Position numbers and translations under genes: made by a program
In this document: in pieces, positions 37,255 to 46,681 of the stretch
Layout: each line of letters starts with the position of its first letter
How positions within the stretch are numbered: position 1 is the first letter of the stretch
Assembly (NCBI GenBank): GCA_964498065.1
Contig: CAZCFZ010000016.1
Location: 8,794 to 72,793 of the forward strand
From: an uncultured Ignavibacteriaceae bacterium
GTDB lineage: Bacteria; Bacteroidota; Ignavibacteria; Ignavibacteriales; Ignavibacteriaceae
DNA length: 64,000 nt
Reading direction: 5' to 3'
The notes under the pieces: generated by a model
What the model was told of the DNA's origin: nothing
Databases searched by the model: none
The model's input: only the letters and a program-made list of their open reading frames with translations

Positions 37255-38516
37255 ACATGAAAATAAAACTTAATATTATATTTTTTATACTATTCATTTT
37301 GCAGTTACCACTATTCGCACAAACTAATTCAAGTTATTCAAGAATAGGAATTGGTGATATTGCATATTCGTATTCTGCAAACGAATTGGGTATCGGGCAA
37401 CTGGGAATTTCATTAGCTGAACGAGGATTTGTTACAATAAACAATCCCGCATCATGGAATAAGTTAATTTCAACAAGATTTGAAACAAGCCTTTCTTATT
37501 CCGGGTTATACTTATCAGATCTCTCAAATAAAGATTTTAATGGGAAGGCTCAGTTTAACGGTTTCGCTTTTGCTTTCCCGGTCAGCATTAAAAATGGTAT
37601 AACTGTTGGCTTTGGAATTGTTCCATATTCCAAAATAAATTATCAGGTAGTTCAAAATTATTCTTTCCCAAATTCTTCCGAAGGACAATATTCTTTAACA
37701 TATACGGGCAAAGGCGGCTTATCAAAGTTATTTATCGGTACATCGTATAATTTACCGTTTAATTTAAGTATCGGTGCAACGCTAGATTATTATTTCGGAA
37801 GCATGAATTATGCTGCAGTATCAAATTTTACAAATTCCAATAACGTCTCTACCCAATATAATACAACATATCAACCTGGTGGGTTGGGCACCACAATCGG
37901 TGTAATAAGCCCGGATTTTTCTAATATTTTTAATTCCAAATCTTTGTCTGATCTGAAATTAGGAATTGCTGTAAATTATATTAAATCGCTAAGTACCGAT
38001 ACTATTTTTACTTCGTACTCTCCCAATCGTAGTGCTGGAACCGATACTATCGGCATTGGTACAACAAAAATGAAAATTCCAGTGAGAATATCTGCAGGAT
38101 TAAGTTTTAAATTGGATAAGAGATATATAATAACATTAGATGCTGCATCTCAGGCATGGTCAAATTATACTTTCAATAATACAAAAGTACAGGATTTAAG
38201 AAATTCCTTATTATTAAGTGCAGGATTTGAATATAGGCCTAAATTGGAATTGGGGAAATCTGTATGGGAACAAATTATATGGCGTGCAGGTTTAAGTTAT
38301 GAACAAACACAGTATAATATTAATAATGTGGGAATTAATCAGTATTCTGTTACAGGAGGCTTTTCTTTTCCGTTAACATATGCAAATACAATAGATTTTG
38401 CAATTCAATACGGAATTAGAGGGGAAAAAGAATATAATCTTATAAAAGAGAATTTTATTAAAATAAATTTTGGCTTAAGCTTAGGAGAACTTTGGTTTCT
38501 AAGAAGTAATCAATAA
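37251..38516 (+). CDS. Predicted outer-membrane beta-barrel protein
   Basis: Signal peptide ending FAQ, alternating amphipathic beta-strand pattern rich in G/S/Y/N, and a 4-nt overlap with the upstream lipoprotein gene. Confidence 0.5.
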   Translation: MNMKIKLNIIFFILFILQLPLFAQTNSSYSRIGIGDIAYSYSANELGIGQLGISLAERGFVTINNPASWNKLISTRFETSLSYSGLYLSDLSNKDFNGKAQFNGFAFAFPVSIKNGITVGFGIVPYSKINYQVVQNYSFPNSSEGQYSLTYTGKGGLSKLFIGTSYNLPFNLSIGATLDYYFGSMNYAAVSNFTNSNNVSTQYNTTYQPGGLGTTIGVISPDFSNIFNSKSLSDLKLGIAVNYIKSLSTDTIFTSYSPNRSAGTDTIGIGTTKMKIPVRISAGLSFKLDKRYIITLDAASQAWSNYTFNNTKVQDLRNSLLLSAGFEYRPKLELGKSVWEQIIWRAGLSYEQTQYNINNVGINQYSVTGGFSFPLTYANTIDFAIQYGIRGEKEYNLIKENFIKINFGLSLGELWFLRSNQ

Positions 38517-38543
38517 ATTCAAAAATAATTTTAAGGGAAAAGG

Positions 38544-39818
38544 GTGAAAACTGTAATTAACATTTTTGCGTTATCGATACTTGTAGTCTTTATTTTAAGC
38601 TCTTCGGTTTTTCCGAATACTGTCGATTCCGATTCTGCTGCAACTGCTGATTCTCTTCATTTAATAACTCAATATAGTCTCTTCTCCGAATATTATAAAA
38701 ATAAGGATTATCAAAGTGCGATGCCCTATGCATGGAATGTACTTAAGTTGAATCCTAGGAAATTCAATAAATGGATATTTTTTAAGATGGAGGATGCACT
38801 TTGGTATCTTCATGATTCTTCCAAAATTCCTCAGGAACAAATAAAATCAATTGATGACACTATAAGATATTTTTATAATCAAGCAATAAAATATTATCCC
38901 CAATCGAAAGGATATTTTGAAGCAAGAAAAGCTTTTGTTTCCCAGACATGGCTGAATATGAACCCGGATTCGCTTATCAAAGAATATGAGCAGGCAATTA
39001 AAGACGATTCCACAATTTCGTCTTATTATTATAATATGCTTGGACAGCTTTATAAAAGTAATGCCGGCGATAAAAATAATTATAAAGACAAAGCTGTTGA
39101 TCTGTATACTTACTTAAATGAAAAAGAGCCCAATAATCCGCAATGGACTACAGAGTTAGAATCTCTTGTTGAAAATATTAGGCAGCTTGCAGAAATAAGA
39201 AAAAAAGCATGGGATATTGATAAAAATAATTTATCCAAGGCATGGAATTATGCAATAACAGCAGTAAAAGCCGATATGTACCAGGAAGCAATTGGAGCTT
39301 TGGAATTTTTAACTTCAAAAGTACCCGATAATGTAAATTACTGGGTACAGTTAGCTTCCGTATATCAAAAAGTAGACAAACTTAATCAAGCTGAGGCCGC
39401 ATATAAAAAATTGATTAATCTGAAACCTGATAATAGAGATTATTATTTGAACTTAGGTATAGTATATAAGGAACAAAACCGTTATGCCCTGGCAAGGACT
39501 GAATATTTAAAAGCTAATGATATAGCAAAAGGGTGGGGACAGGCAATTTTCTACGAAGGATTGCTTTATGAACAAGCCGCCAGATCATGTGAATTTAATT
39601 TTGAAACGAAACTTGTATATTTGCTTGCGGTTGAGACATATAAAAAAGCACTTAGTATCGATCCCAATTTTGCTCAGGCAAAAGAAAGAATTAATGCATT
39701 ATCCGGCTCTATTCCCACAAAAGAAGATTATTTCTTTAGAGGTTATAAATCCGGTCAGGTTTTGCCTATTACAGGCAATTGCTACGGCTGGATAAATAAA
39801 AGCGTTACTGTTCCGTAA
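38544..39818 (+). CDS. Tetratricopeptide-repeat protein, secreted
   Basis: GTG start, signal-like N-terminus, and TPR-like repeats (AIGALEFL...NVNYWVQLASVYQKVDKLNQAEAAYKKLINLKPDNRDYYLNLGIVY). Confidence 0.65.
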   Translation: MKTVINIFALSILVVFILSSSVFPNTVDSDSAATADSLHLITQYSLFSEYYKNKDYQSAMPYAWNVLKLNPRKFNKWIFFKMEDALWYLHDSSKIPQEQIKSIDDTIRYFYNQAIKYYPQSKGYFEARKAFVSQTWLNMNPDSLIKEYEQAIKDDSTISSYYYNMLGQLYKSNAGDKNNYKDKAVDLYTYLNEKEPNNPQWTTELESLVENIRQLAEIRKKAWDIDKNNLSKAWNYAITAVKADMYQEAIGALEFLTSKVPDNVNYWVQLASVYQKVDKLNQAEAAYKKLINLKPDNRDYYLNLGIVYKEQNRYALARTEYLKANDIAKGWGQAIFYEGLLYEQAARSCEFNFETKLVYLLAVETYKKALSIDPNFAQAKERINALSGSIPTKEDYFFRGYKSGQVLPITGNCYGWINKSVTVP

Positions 39819-39868
39819 TTAGAATTGACCTAAGCAAATTTGATTTATTTCTGGATTAGTTTTGAATA

Positions 39869-39905
39869 AGGTTTTAGAAGAATGATTCTAAAACCTTTTC
39901 TATTT
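39869..39905 (+). terminator. Rho-independent terminator
   Basis: AGGTTTTAGAA-GAATGA-TTCTAAAACCT followed by TTTCTATTT. Confidence 0.7.
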
Positions 39906-40032
39906 AGGTTAAATTTTGTGCTTAAAAACTAAGGAAAATAATATTTTTTTTGATACTTTTGTAAATGAAAAATAAAATTTTATATATGAAAACCTTATTA
40001 AATAAAATACTAATCACATTCCTGAATAAATT

Positions 40033-41328
40033 ATGTATGAATTTATAAAAAAAGACAGTGATATTTTTGAAGTACTTTCTTTAGAAACTAAAAGACAACA
40101 AGAAAAATTAGAATTAATTGCATCGGAAAATTTTGTCAGCCCTGCTGTGCTTGAAGCAGCAGGAACGGTGTTAACAAATAAATATGCAGAGGGCTATCCC
40201 GGAAAACGATATTATGGCGGCTGCGAATATGTGGATATGGCGGAAAATATTGCAAGAGAAAGACTAAAAAATTTATTTAGTGCTGAATATGTTAATGTAC
40301 AGCCGCACAGCGGATCGCAGGCAAACATGGCTGTGTTAATGTCTTTACTTAATCCAGGCGATAAATTCCTCGGGCTTAGTCTGGCTCATGGCGGACATCT
40401 TACGCACGGATCACCGGTTAATTTTTCCGGCAGTCTGTATACTCCTGTGGGATATACTTTAAATAAAGAAACTAAAGTTTTAGACTATGATCAAATTGAA
40501 GACCTGGCAAAAAAAGAAAAACCAAAACTTGTAATTACAGGCGCAAGTGCTTATTCTCGTGAATGGGACTACGAAAAGTTCAGGCAGATAGCAGATTCTG
40601 TCGGAGCGCTTTTAATGTGCGATATGGCTCATCCTGCCGGTCTAATAGCAAAAGGTTTTTTAAATAATCCTCTCCCATATTGCGATGTTGTTACTTCTAC
40701 TACTCATAAAACTCTTAGAGGTCCGCGTGGAGGAATAATATTAATGGGCCAGGATAAGGAGAATTCTTTTGGAATAAAAACGCGTAAAGGGGATAGGCTA
40801 AAAATGATGTCCGAAATAATTGACAGCATGGTAATGCCGGGAATACAAGGCGGTCCATTGATGCATATTATTATGGCTAAAGCTGTTGCTTTTGGTGAAG
40901 CGCTTAAAGATTCATTTACAGTATATGCAGAACAGGTAATTAAGAATGCCAAAACGCTTGCTCAAAAATTGAGTGAACATAACTTTGAAATAATATCAGG
41001 TGGAACGGATAACCATTTAATGCTGATTGATTTAACTAACAAAGACATAACAGGTAAAGAAGCAGAGATAGCACTAGGAAAAGCTGGAATCACTGTTAAT
41101 AAAAATATGGTTCCTTTCGATCTTCGAAGTCCGTTTGTAACCAGCGGTATTAGAATTGGTACTCCAGCTGCTACAACCCGCGGTATGCATGAAAATGAAA
41201 TGAATTTAATTGCGGAAATGATTTACAAGACAATTTCAAATTCTAAAGATGAGAAAAAGCTGTCTGAAATAAAGGAAGAAGTTAAAAATCTTTGTTCACG
41301 CTTCCCGCTCTATAAAGAAATAAATTAG
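40033..41328 (+). CDS. glyA: Serine hydroxymethyltransferase
   Basis: [18 protein letters not shown] and [14 protein letters not shown] motifs. Confidence 0.95.
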   Translation: MYEFIKKDSDIFEVLSLETKRQQEKLELIASENFVSPAVLEAAGTVLTNKYAEGYPGKRYYGGCEYVDMAENIARERLKNLFSAEYVNVQPHSGSQANMAVLMSLLNPGDKFLGLSLAHGGHLTHGSPVNFSGSLYTPVGYTLNKETKVLDYDQIEDLAKKEKPKLVITGASAYSREWDYEKFRQIADSVGALLMCDMAHPAGLIAKGFLNNPLPYCDVVTSTTHKTLRGPRGGIILMGQDKENSFGIKTRKGDRLKMMSEIIDSMVMPGIQGGPLMHIIMAKAVAFGEALKDSFTVYAEQVIKNAKTLAQKLSEHNFEIISGGTDNHLMLIDLTNKDITGKEAEIALGKAGITVNKNMVPFDLRSPFVTSGIRIGTPAATTRGMHENEMNLIAEMIYKTISNSKDEKKLSEIKEEVKNLCSRFPLYKEIN

Positions 41329-41342
41329 ATATTTAATTTAAA

Positions 41343-42107
41343 GTGGCCTCAAAAGATTTAACAGTTATTAATGATCCGGTTGATGATGATCCAGAAGAAG
41401 GCGAAATGACCTTCTTGGAGCATCTTGAAGAACTCAGATGGAGGATAATATATTCTATAATCGGAATATTAGTGGGGACAATAATATGCTGGATATTTAT
41501 AGATTTTTTAGTAAATGATATTTTACTGCTGCCTGCTCGAAATGCACATGTTCAGCTTCAAAATTTAAAACCTTTCGGTCAGCTGATGCTTTTCTTTGAA
41601 GTAGCTATTGTAGGTGGAGCTATCCTTAGCTTACCGAACATTTTTTATCAATTGTGGAAATTCATATCTCCGGCACTTAAAAAAAATGAACGAAAATATA
41701 TTTCGGCAATTGTTACGTTTTCTACATTATGCTTTCTAATCGGTATCGTGTTTGCCTATTATGTGATGTTACCGCTTTCTTTAAAGTTTGCCGTTCAATT
41801 CGGTACTGCAGAAATAAAAAATATTTTTGCAATCACTGAATACATGTCGATAATAATTAGCATTATGCTTGGTTCCGGCCTGGTATTTGAGTTACCGATG
41901 ATTTCATTTTTCCTTACTAAAATTGGTATATTAAAACCGTCATTTATGAAAAAATACCGCAGGCATGCAATTGTGGTAATTTTTATTGCTGCCGCATTTT
42001 TAACACCCGGTACCGATCCGGTTTCGCAATTAATTTTAGCAGCTCCATTAGTTCTATTATATGAAATAAGCATTATAATTTCAAAAATGGCAGTGAAAAA
42101 ACCTTGA
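41343..42107 (+). CDS. tatC: Twin-arginine translocase subunit TatC
   Basis: GTG start; MTFLEHLEELRWRI; six transmembrane helices; FLTPGTDP motif. Confidence 0.85.
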   Translation: MASKDLTVINDPVDDDPEEGEMTFLEHLEELRWRIIYSIIGILVGTIICWIFIDFLVNDILLLPARNAHVQLQNLKPFGQLMLFFEVAIVGGAILSLPNIFYQLWKFISPALKKNERKYISAIVTFSTLCFLIGIVFAYYVMLPLSLKFAVQFGTAEIKNIFAITEYMSIIISIMLGSGLVFELPMISFFLTKIGILKPSFMKKYRRHAIVVIFIAAAFLTPGTDPVSQLILAAPLVLLYEISIIISKMAVKKP

Positions 42108-43087
42108 TAATAAGAAATAAACTTTCGGAAATAACTGTTCCCATTAAATCTGAACTGGAAATATTCAATGAAATGTTCAAATCATCAATTAGATCAAACG
42201 TAGGTCTGGTTGATTTAATTGCCCGTTATTTAATTAGACAAAAAGGGAAAAAAATCAGGCCGCTCCTGGTTCTGCTTTCTGCTAAAGTTGTTGGCGGAGT
42301 AAACGAACGTACTTATAGGGGTGCAACGTTAGTTGAGCTTTTACATACAGCGACTTTGGTGCATGACGATGTTGTTGATAATGCCGATAAAAGAAGAGGA
42401 TTCTGGTCAATTAACAAAATATTTAAAAATAAAGTTGCGGTTTTAATGGGAGATTATCTGCTGTCACGTGGATTAATGATTGCGGTTGAAGGAAAAGATT
42501 TTGATTTCCTTGAGGTAATGACAAAAACGGTTAGAAGAATGTCAGAAGGAGAGTTGCTTCAGATTAGAAAAACAAGAAAATTAGATATTGACGAAGAAAC
42601 TTACTTTAAAATAATTTCCGATAAGACTGCCTCTTTATTGGAAACTTGCTGTGAAATCGGTGCATTAAGTGCTACCTCAGATTCGAAATACTGCGATGCA
42701 ATGAAGCAGTTCGGTGAAAACATTGGAATGGCATTTCAAATAAGAGACGATATACTTGATTATGAAGGAAGCTTAAGTACAATAGGGAAGCCTATCGGGG
42801 GAGACATAAAAGAAAAGAAAATTACATTACCACTAATTTATTCAATGAACCAGGTCTCAAAAAGCGAAGCTGCCAGAATAAAAAAAATACTTAAGAATGA
42901 GAAGAATAAGGATGATATAAAATCTATTATTGAATTTGTTCGTGAAAATAACGGAATAAATTATGCATTGGAAACAGCAGCTAAATATTCGGTTTTGGCT
43001 AAAGAAAAATTAAAATTATTTCCTGATTCTCAAAGTAAAATTGCTTTAGAAGCTTTGGTCGATTTTGTAATTGACCGGAAAAACTAA
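42104..43087 (+). CDS. Polyprenyl diphosphate synthase (IspB-like; chain length unknown)
   Basis: DDVVDNADKRRG (first DDxxD) and RDDILD (second) motifs; TTG start. Confidence 0.8.
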   Translation: MIIRNKLSEITVPIKSELEIFNEMFKSSIRSNVGLVDLIARYLIRQKGKKIRPLLVLLSAKVVGGVNERTYRGATLVELLHTATLVHDDVVDNADKRRGFWSINKIFKNKVAVLMGDYLLSRGLMIAVEGKDFDFLEVMTKTVRRMSEGELLQIRKTRKLDIDEETYFKIISDKTASLLETCCEIGALSATSDSKYCDAMKQFGENIGMAFQIRDDILDYEGSLSTIGKPIGGDIKEKKITLPLIYSMNQVSKSEAARIKKILKNEKNKDDIKSIIEFVRENNGINYALETAAKYSVLAKEKLKLFPDSQSKIALEALVDFVIDRKN

Positions 43088-43113
43088 ATTTATTATAAAT
43101 AATTTAAACGATA

Positions 43114-43617
43114 TTATTCAGTACCACTGGTATTTTGCTTTTTGATCTCTTCTTTGATTGTAAAACCCTTTATTGGTTCACGAAGTGTTAAAACCGGACA
43201 AGGAGCCTTTCTAATGACCTTTTCAGCAGTGCTTCCAAATAAAATATGTTCAACACCTGTGTGGCCGTGTGTAGCTATTATAATTAAATCTATATCTTCT
43301 TCAGCAGCTGTCTCTATTATTTCTATAAATGGCTTACCGGTTTTTACAATAGTATTAACAACAACATCTGTCGGAATTTCTTTTTTTGCCAGCTTATCCA
43401 GTTCCTCAATTGCCCGTTTATCCATTTCAAGATCCACTGAGGGAATTGCAATTTGTCCCATACTGAAATCCGGCGGATATATTACAGGTTCAACAACATA
43501 TATTAAGTAAAGTTCGGCTTTATATTGTTTAACAAAGTTTACCGCATACTTTAACGAATTTTTTGAGTAATCAGAAAAGTCTATCGGAACAAGAATTTTT
43601 TTTATGTTAGGTTCCAT
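43114..43617 (-). CDS. Universal stress protein (UspA family)
   Basis: KKILVPIDFS...ATHGHTG...GSTAEKVIRKAPCPVL. Confidence 0.8.
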   Translation of the reverse strand: MEPNIKKILVPIDFSDYSKNSLKYAVNFVKQYKAELYLIYVVEPVIYPPDFSMGQIAIPSVDLEMDKRAIEELDKLAKKEIPTDVVVNTIVKTGKPFIEIIETAAEEDIDLIIIATHGHTGVEHILFGSTAEKVIRKAPCPVLTLREPIKGFTIKEEIKKQNTSGTE

Positions 43618-44164
43618 AATCTTTCTCCGATTTTATTTTAAGAGTTGAGTGAAGTGAAATATGTTCTTCATTTAACTTTCTAAGTCTCATAGCAACGATT
43701 TCCGAAATACCTTGTAATATTTTAATCCCTTTTCTGGGATATGTTTCAATAAATTCATCAAGATCGGGTTTAAATATTACGGCAAGTCTTGTATCTGTTT
43801 TTGCAATTGCAGATGCGGATCTTTTTTCGCCGTCAACTAAGGCTAATTCACCAAAGAAATCTCCGCGAGAAAAAGTCGCTAATGAAATAACATCTTTTGA
43901 TTCAATTATTCTTTGAATAATAACCTCACCTTCGCGAATGATATATAATCCTATACCGGGATCTCCCTGGTAAAAAACATATTCACCTGCCAGGTAGTTT
44001 CTAGTATGAATTATATTGGTCAAAAGAGAAATTTCCTTTTTACTTAATTCTTTAAAAAACGGGATTAATTGAAGCGCCTTTACAAGATCAATTTTTTCAA
44101 CAGGAGAATTAAAGAAATTGGACCAGAAACTACTGTGTATTATTTCGTCGTTATTGTTTGCCAT
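43607..44164 (-). CDS. Cyclic nucleotide-binding domain protein with no DNA-binding domain
   Basis: GDPGIGLYIIREGEV...FFGELAL...RSASAIA cNMP-binding signature; 185 aa. Confidence 0.75.
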   Translation of the reverse strand: MANNNDEIIHSSFWSNFFNSPVEKIDLVKALQLIPFFKELSKKEISLLTNIIHTRNYLAGEYVFYQGDPGIGLYIIREGEVIIQRIIESKDVISLATFSRGDFFGELALVDGEKRSASAIAKTDTRLAVIFKPDLDEFIETYPRKGIKILQGISEIVAMRLRKLNEEHISLHSTLKIKSEKDYGT

Positions 44165-44173
44165 TTTTAAACC

Positions 44174-44926
44174 CTATTTAAATATTCCCGATTCGGCAAC
44201 CCGCCATAATTTTTGACATGGAAATCTGTTTTCATACAAGGCTCGGCCTATTATTACTGAGTCAATACCTAACGGCATTAAATTTTGGACATCCATAAGC
44301 TCATCTTTATTTCTAATTCCGCCGGATAATGTAACTTTTGTATTTGTTATTTCAGCAACTTCTTTTGAATAAATCAGGTTTGGACCTCCGAGAATTCCAT
44401 TACGAAGTACATCGGTTACTATAAATCTTTCAACACCAACATCTGACATTTTTTTTGCAAAATCTTTATAAAATATTCCGGTTTTGATTTTCCTTCCTTT
44501 AATTACCAATTGTTCATCTATTATATCCAGCGAGATTGAAATTTTTGTAGGTCCGTATTTTTCAAATATTTTTTTAAATATTTCAGGTTTTTCAATAGCA
44601 ATTGTGCTCATTACCAATCTGCTTATGCCGGTAGACATAATTAAATCTACATCGTCTAGTCCTCTTATACCGCCGGCATATTGAACCGGAATAATAACCG
44701 ATTCACAGATTTCTTTTATTATAGGTAAATTTTTATGGCTATGTTCGGCTGCTGCATCAAAATCTACAATATGCAGAAATTTAGCATTTTCAGCTCGCCA
44801 AATTTTTGCCATTTCCACCGGATCACTGTCATATTCTTTGCAATTAAGTTCCGGAATACCTTGTACAACTCTAACAGTTCTGCCGTGTTTTATATCAATG
44901 GAAGGAATAACTAATAAATATCCCAT
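44174..44926 (-). CDS. hisA: ProFAR isomerase (HisA family TIM barrel)
   Basis: IPSIDIKHGRTVRVVQG, LHIVDFDAA and SGGIRN motifs. Confidence 0.75.
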   Translation of the reverse strand: MGYLLVIPSIDIKHGRTVRVVQGIPELNCKEYDSDPVEMAKIWRAENAKFLHIVDFDAAAEHSHKNLPIIKEICESVIIPVQYAGGIRGLDDVDLIMSTGISRLVMSTIAIEKPEIFKKIFEKYGPTKISISLDIIDEQLVIKGRKIKTGIFYKDFAKKMSDVGVERFIVTDVLRNGILGGPNLIYSKEVAEITNTKVTLSGGIRNKDELMDVQNLMPLGIDSVIIGRALYENRFPCQKLWRVAESGIFK

Positions 44927-45118
44927 AAATCAGTTTTCTCTAATCTATTTTTAGAAAATAAAATTTGCCAAATAAATGATTTAATTTCTATATTTTATAA
45001 AATAATGAATTAGAGCTTAAAAACAAAGATATTTAAACAATCGTTTTATATTGCAAAAATTCTATTGTTAAAACCTGGATTCTAAGAGCATTTTTATATG
45101 TGTAAATATTATTAAATT

Positions 45119-45140
45119 TGGATTTAATTCCTTAAATCCA
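45119..45140. promoter_or_regulatory. Perfect 9-bp inverted repeat, a candidate operator or hairpin, 62 nt upstream of the hydrolase-bioY pair
   Basis: TGGATTTAA-TTCC-TTAAATCCA. Confidence 0.3.
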
Positions 45141-45202
45141 TATGTACTTAATATATTCATTTTCCTTGACTTTTCACGCTATAATAAGCATATTTAAATT
45201 AA

Positions 45203-46036
45203 ATGACCAAAAATTTTATCCTAATCACAAGTCGAAGTGAAAAGTTAAGAATTACGGCCTTTGGTATTCAAAACTATAAATTATCACCTTGTTTAATATT
45301 TATTCATGGATTTAAAGGATTTAAGGATTGGGGATTTGGTCCATATATAGGAAATTATTTTGCAAATAATGGTTTTTTTGTTCTTACGTTTAATTTTTCT
45401 CATAATGGAGTGGGGGATAGTTTAACAGAATTTATTGAGTTTGATAAATTTGCAAATAATACATTTTCTTTAGAAATTAGTGAACTTTCTGAATTGATTT
45501 CTGCATATTTAAAAGGTTTTTTCGGAAAAACAGAGAATAAAAAAATCGGACTATTAGGTCACAGTAGAGGCGGAGCAATTGCCTTGTTAACAGCAAGACA
45601 AAGAAAAGAGATCAATGCGGTAGCTGTTTGGTCTTCAGTTTCAAAACTTGACAGATATTCGGAACGCCAAAAGAAAAAGTGGAGGGAAAGCGGCGTTTTT
45701 GAAGTATTTAATTCGAGAACGAAACAAAAAATGAGTTTAAATATTTCATTATTAAATGATATTGAAGAGAATAATGATAATTTGTTAAATATTAAAAAGG
45801 CGGTAAAAGAATTAAATAGACCTCTTTTTATTGCGCATGGTGAAGAAGATTTAGCTGTTCCGATTACCGAGGGAGAATTACTTTTTAAATGGTCTGATAA
45901 AAACTTAACGGAGTTATTTAGAATCAAAGAAACAGGTCATACATTTAATATTAAGCATCCATTTGAAGGAAGCAATCCTAAATTTGAAATGTTGTTGGAT
46001 AAAACAAACGGATTTTACAAAAACAATTTAATCTGA
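45203..46036 (+). CDS. Alpha/beta hydrolase
   Basis: HGFKG oxyanion region, GHSRGG nucleophile elbow, and a C-terminal GHTF region containing His. Confidence 0.7.
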   Translation: MTKNFILITSRSEKLRITAFGIQNYKLSPCLIFIHGFKGFKDWGFGPYIGNYFANNGFFVLTFNFSHNGVGDSLTEFIEFDKFANNTFSLEISELSELISAYLKGFFGKTENKKIGLLGHSRGGAIALLTARQRKEINAVAVWSSVSKLDRYSERQKKKWRESGVFEVFNSRTKQKMSLNISLLNDIEENNDNLLNIKKAVKELNRPLFIAHGEEDLAVPITEGELLFKWSDKNLTELFRIKETGHTFNIKHPFEGSNPKFEMLLDKTNGFYKNNLI

Positions 46037-46044
46037 GGAAAGTT

Positions 46045-46635
46045 ATGTCAACAAATGAAAATATTAATTCAAATAAATTTTTGGAATTAATTAGTAAAGC
46101 AAATTCATCTAAATTATTTTGGATTTTATCTTTTTCAGTACTTACAGCGGTCGCTGCCCAAATTACCGTTCCTGTAAAACCGGTTCCGTTTACATTACAA
46201 ACTATGATTGTTGTTTTAGCCGGCGCATTTTTAGGTGCAAAGAATGGAGCGTATAGTCAAATTATTTATTTAATATTAGGCTGTATCGGCCTTCCGGTTT
46301 TTGCGCAGATTCCTGATCCGGCAATCGGAATTGCAAGATTATTGGGTCCTACAGGCGGCTATTTATTGGCATTTCCTATTGCTGCTTTTGTTACTGGTTA
46401 TTTAATCGAAAAAAATAAAAAATATTTAAGAGTTGTAGCTTCAATGTTTGCGGGAAGTATTATAATTCTAATTATCGGTTCTTTTTACTTTGGCTCCATA
46501 TACCTACATAATATAAAAGAAGCACTTATTTCCGGCGCCGTTGTATTTTCTGTTTGGGAGGTTGTAAAAGTTTTTGCCGCAGCAAGTATTTTTTGGGGAA
46601 TATCAAAGAGGTTTTCCAAAATGCCTAATAAATAA
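46045..46635 (+). CDS. bioY: Biotin transporter S-component BioY
   Basis: PVPFTLQTMIVVLAGAFLG...GPTGGYLLAFP motif pattern; 196 aa. Confidence 0.8.
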   Translation: MSTNENINSNKFLELISKANSSKLFWILSFSVLTAVAAQITVPVKPVPFTLQTMIVVLAGAFLGAKNGAYSQIIYLILGCIGLPVFAQIPDPAIGIARLLGPTGGYLLAFPIAAFVTGYLIEKNKKYLRVVASMFAGSIIILIIGSFYFGSIYLHNIKEALISGAVVFSVWEVVKVFAAASIFWGISKRFSKMPNK

Positions 46636-46681
46636 GTAATCTTTTGATAACTTATTATTTCTGTTTTATTTAAAGGTTACA

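Noticed and set aside
39568-39795. 75-aa same-strand ORF inside the TPR gene
   Set aside because: It is an alternative frame within a well-supported longer ORF. It has no RBS and a basic, low-complexity product.
43142-43510. 122-aa ORF antisense to the usp gene, and similar antisense ORFs elsewhere (17862..18275, 21022..21384, 45559..45927, 48373..48663, 62873..63205)
   Set aside because: Each is fully contained in, or straddles, genes with clear family motifs on the opposite strand. They are typical shadow ORFs of AT-rich genomes.
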